Shown here one piece after another: positions 25,817-27,773 of a DNA stretch of 27,773 bases. A model generated the notes under the pieces. It saw only the letters and a list, made by a program, of their open reading frames with translations. It ran no database searches and had not been told where the DNA came from. The stretch is from positions 1-27,773 of the forward strand of contig JAVZXS010000008.1 of the NCBI GenBank assembly GCA_038886535.1, in the 5' to 3' direction. This stretch comes from Candidatus Micrarchaeia archaeon. GTDB lineage: Archaea; Micrarchaeota; Micrarchaeia; CABMEP01. Every line of letters begins with the position of its first letter. The stretch's first letter is position 1. Both the position numbers and the translations under genes were made by a program.

Positions 25817-25867
25817 TTATCCTAATATGGATAATAGGGTTAAAATGCATTTAATTATTTGCGCCAT
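25817..25867 (-). CDS. 16-aa leader peptide MAQIIKCILTLLSILG
   Basis: Full SD AAGGAGGTGA upstream of ATG; first strongly initiated ORF after the 26014-26042 promoter; stop lies in an 11-bp hairpin (25812-25839). Confidence 0.65.
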   Translation of the reverse strand: MAQIIKCILTLLSILG

Positions 25868-26013
25868 TTTTTTGTCACCTCCTTTCTCTTTTTTTGCCTT
25901 GAGTGAAGAAGACATTAAACTTGTCAAAGAACCTCTGTAGGTTTTTTACGAGGACCTGCCCCTCGCCCGGGTTTTTCCTTGGCCCTAAACCCGGGAAAAC
26001 CATTCTTACTTTC

Positions 26014-26042
26014 TTTATACCCTATATTTTAAAATTTGTCAA
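26014..26042 (-). promoter_or_regulatory. Sigma70 promoter of the establishment-like operon
   Basis: TTGACA (26042-26037), 17 nt, TATAAA (26019-26014). Confidence 0.75.
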
Positions 26043-26053
26043 GTGCTTTTTTG

Positions 26054-26082
26054 TTTACAACTCTTTACTCTTGAGGTATAAT
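26054..26082 (+). promoter_or_regulatory. Divergent sigma70 promoter of the sRNA
   Basis: TTTACA (26054-26059), 17 nt, TATAAT (26077-26082). Confidence 0.75.
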
Positions 26083-26087
26083 AATAA

Positions 26088-26182
26088 TGCCTTGGGTGAA
26101 AACTCTGGCAGAGTTCTGCCAGAGGAAAATGTCACCTCCGAATTAAACCCTGACTTGCCTGCGCCCAAGTCAGGGTTTTTTT
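26088..26182 (+). ncRNA. ~95-nt putative antisense sRNA targeting the leader-peptide RBS
   Basis: Own promoter, internal hairpin 26103-26124, terminator 26145-26182, three boxes complementary to the minus-strand leader. Confidence 0.7.
26145..26182 (+). terminator. Intrinsic terminator (possibly bidirectional)
   Basis: AAACCCTGACTTG-CCTGCGCC-CAAGTCAGGGTTTTTTT; also lies just after the stop of 26191..26994. Confidence 0.85.
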
Positions 26183-26190
26183 ATTATCCT

Positions 26191-26994
26191 TTATCGTGCA
26201 GTTAGAGTTATTTTCCTTATTATTCTTTCTTCTACTTGTTTTTTTCTCTGACTTATCTTTTTTATTATCTTATCAATTGCCTTTCTTCTTCTCTCGGCTG
26301 TTTTTATCTTTTTCCATTTCTTTATTGCTCCTCTTAAATCTTCGTCTAACTCTATTCCTACTCCATCTTTTATTGCTTTTTCTATCTCTCTTATTGACAC
26401 TTTTTCTAACTGCTTCCATTCTCCATTTTTTCTCAACATCCATTTATCTTCTCTAATTTTTACATTCCACCTTTTATTAACCTGTTTTCTTATTTTTGTT
26501 TTTATCTTTTTTATTTCTTCAATTTCACATCCTAATTCTTGTGTATATTTTTCTAATTTTCGTCTCTTAACCCTAACTTTTTTTATTCTTTCCATTATTT
26601 TTCTTAACTCTCTGTAGTTTCTATTCCACCATTTTATTTCTTCTGCCTTTTTAGGGGTTATCCATTTCCCTTTCACTCTCCACCCTTCTATCTTCCAAAA
26701 TGCAACATCGTATTTATTTCCCCAGTTTATACTCCTTCCCAATTCCCTTTTAAAAACTTCATTATTAAACTCTCTTATTTTTCTTTCATTCATATCTACG
26801 CCTAAACATTTATATTTCTTTCCATACCAACTTACCCCTAAAAACTGCATCCAATACCATCTATTTTCTCTTTTTAACATTCTTATTGGTAGTTTTTCTT
26901 TTTTACAATACCAATTTACCCTTTGTGCTATTATATCCATCAGTTCTTTTATTTCTTCTTCTTTTCTATTTAACCAGTTTTCTATTACTTTCAT
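26191..26994 (-). CDS. Highly basic Lys/Arg/Trp-rich hypothetical protein
   Basis: Long ORF; start reassigned to 26994 (MKVIENW) after SD AAGGAG. Confidence 0.7.
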   Translation of the reverse strand: MKVIENWLNRKEEEIKELMDIIAQRVNWYCKKEKLPIRMLKRENRWYWMQFLGVSWYGKKYKCLGVDMNERKIREFNNEVFKRELGRSINWGNKYDVAFWKIEGWRVKGKWITPKKAEEIKWWNRNYRELRKIMERIKKVRVKRRKLEKYTQELGCEIEEIKKIKTKIRKQVNKRWNVKIREDKWMLRKNGEWKQLEKVSIREIEKAIKDGVGIELDEDLRGAIKKWKKIKTAERRRKAIDKIIKKISQRKKQVEERIIRKITLTAR

Positions 26995-27041
26995 CTTTTT
27001 CTCCTTTCCCTTTGCCCACCCACCCGAAGCCAACCAAGTCC

Positions 27042-27135
27042 GCAAGATTGCTATCGCAACCTTGCTTTGTCCCGCTCGGCACTCTGAAACTTCCTCGCAC
27101 CTACCTTTCGTAGGTGCTTCGGAACTTTCAGTGCC
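27042..27135 (-). other. GC-rich double-hairpin element
   Basis: GGCACTGAAAGTTCC-GAA-GCACCTAC-GAAAG-GTAGGTGC-GA-GGAAGTTTCAGAGTGCC and GCAAGGTTGC-GATA-GCAATCTTGC. Confidence 0.6.
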
Positions 27136-27409
27136 TCGCTCTCACCCTTATTTTTTTTGTTCATTTTTGTTTATATTATACCGTATGTGCACATTATTAA
27201 AAAACATATCCCTTATTAAATTGACTAATCCTTTGCTACATAATAGTTTCAAAATATATATCTACTTTTTGGGGAATATATATACCGTGGTGCACTTTTC
27301 TTTTTTAAAATATAACAAAAATTTTTCTTTTTGCTTGCTATATTTGGCTTTTAGAATTCTTTTGCACTTACTTTTTTGTTTCTTTTGTTGTCTATCAAGG
27401 GGTTTAATG

Positions 27410-27508
27410 TTATACGTTATACTTCATACAAAACTTTGTTATACATTATACATTATACTTTATACTTTATACATTATACTTTATACATCATACATTATAC
27501 TTTATACA
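27410..27508. repeat. Thirteen T(T/C)ATAC(A/T/G) heptads (3 + 10 tandem); second candidate parS
   Basis: Three heptads 27410-27430 and ten contiguous heptads 27439-27508; 39 bp identical to 6577-6615. Confidence 0.9.
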
Positions 27509-27773
27509 GCCCTGCCTCTTAATAACCCCCAAAATCATATTGAGTAAGTAGGACTTTTTGATGTTTTAAATTATTAAAATTCCCCCTATTGAGATTAGGG
27601 GGTTAGGGGGTAAAGAAAAGAAAGAGAAAGAATTTATAAACAAAGCCGAAACTTTTTCGTAAGAAAAAGTTGAGGCAACGGCAACCGTTAGGTTGCCGAC
27701 TTCTTTTTCTTTCTTTTTATATTTTCTTTCTTTTTCTTTATATATTTCTTATATTTTCTTATATTTTCTACGC

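Noticed and set aside
25728..25850. N-terminal extensions given by the ORF track (also 21915-21998, 4980-5087, 26995-27045)
   Set aside because: They translate through structured elements or neighbouring genes; strong SDs mark the downstream ATGs
25903..26205. 100-aa + strand ORF
   Set aside because: No SD; runs across two promoters, the sRNA and a terminator
27062..27547. 161-aa + strand ORF
   Set aside because: Low-complexity translation of the heptad array and T-rich DNA; no SD

Overview
AT-rich, Lys/Glu-rich segment of a conjugative mobile element (plasmid or ICE; no relaxase, coupling protein or Rep is recognisable in the window). It contains (i) the end of a + strand transfer operon (thioredoxin-like CxxC protein, PFL_4711/TraH-like protein) plus a thermonuclease and secreted hypotheticals; (ii) a - strand stability/recombination block (short tyrosine recombinase, DciA/DUF721-like protein, degenerate HEPN-HU fusion, ParA plus partner, RusA-like, Xis-like HTH); (iii) a - strand F-type T4SS operon (RHH regulator, RlpA, pilin, TraL/E/K/B/V/C) continuing into a secretin; (iv) a - strand 'establishment-like' operon (PD-(D/E)XK nuclease, Rad52/Sak annealase, MoxR/CobS-like AAA+, peptidase-vWA). 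The main unexplained structure is non-coding. Eight sequence-divergent but covarying H-type pseudoknots (stem, AAC, 6-8 nt loop pairing directly 5' of the Shine-Dalgarno) precede every long gene of operon iv and one distant gene. That operon is headed by a 16-codon leader ORF whose ribosome-binding region is complementary, in three separate boxes, to a divergently transcribed ~95-nt sRNA. Two TTATAC(A/T) heptad arrays 21 kb apart are candidate centromeres. All calls come from reading the sequence; no searches were run.
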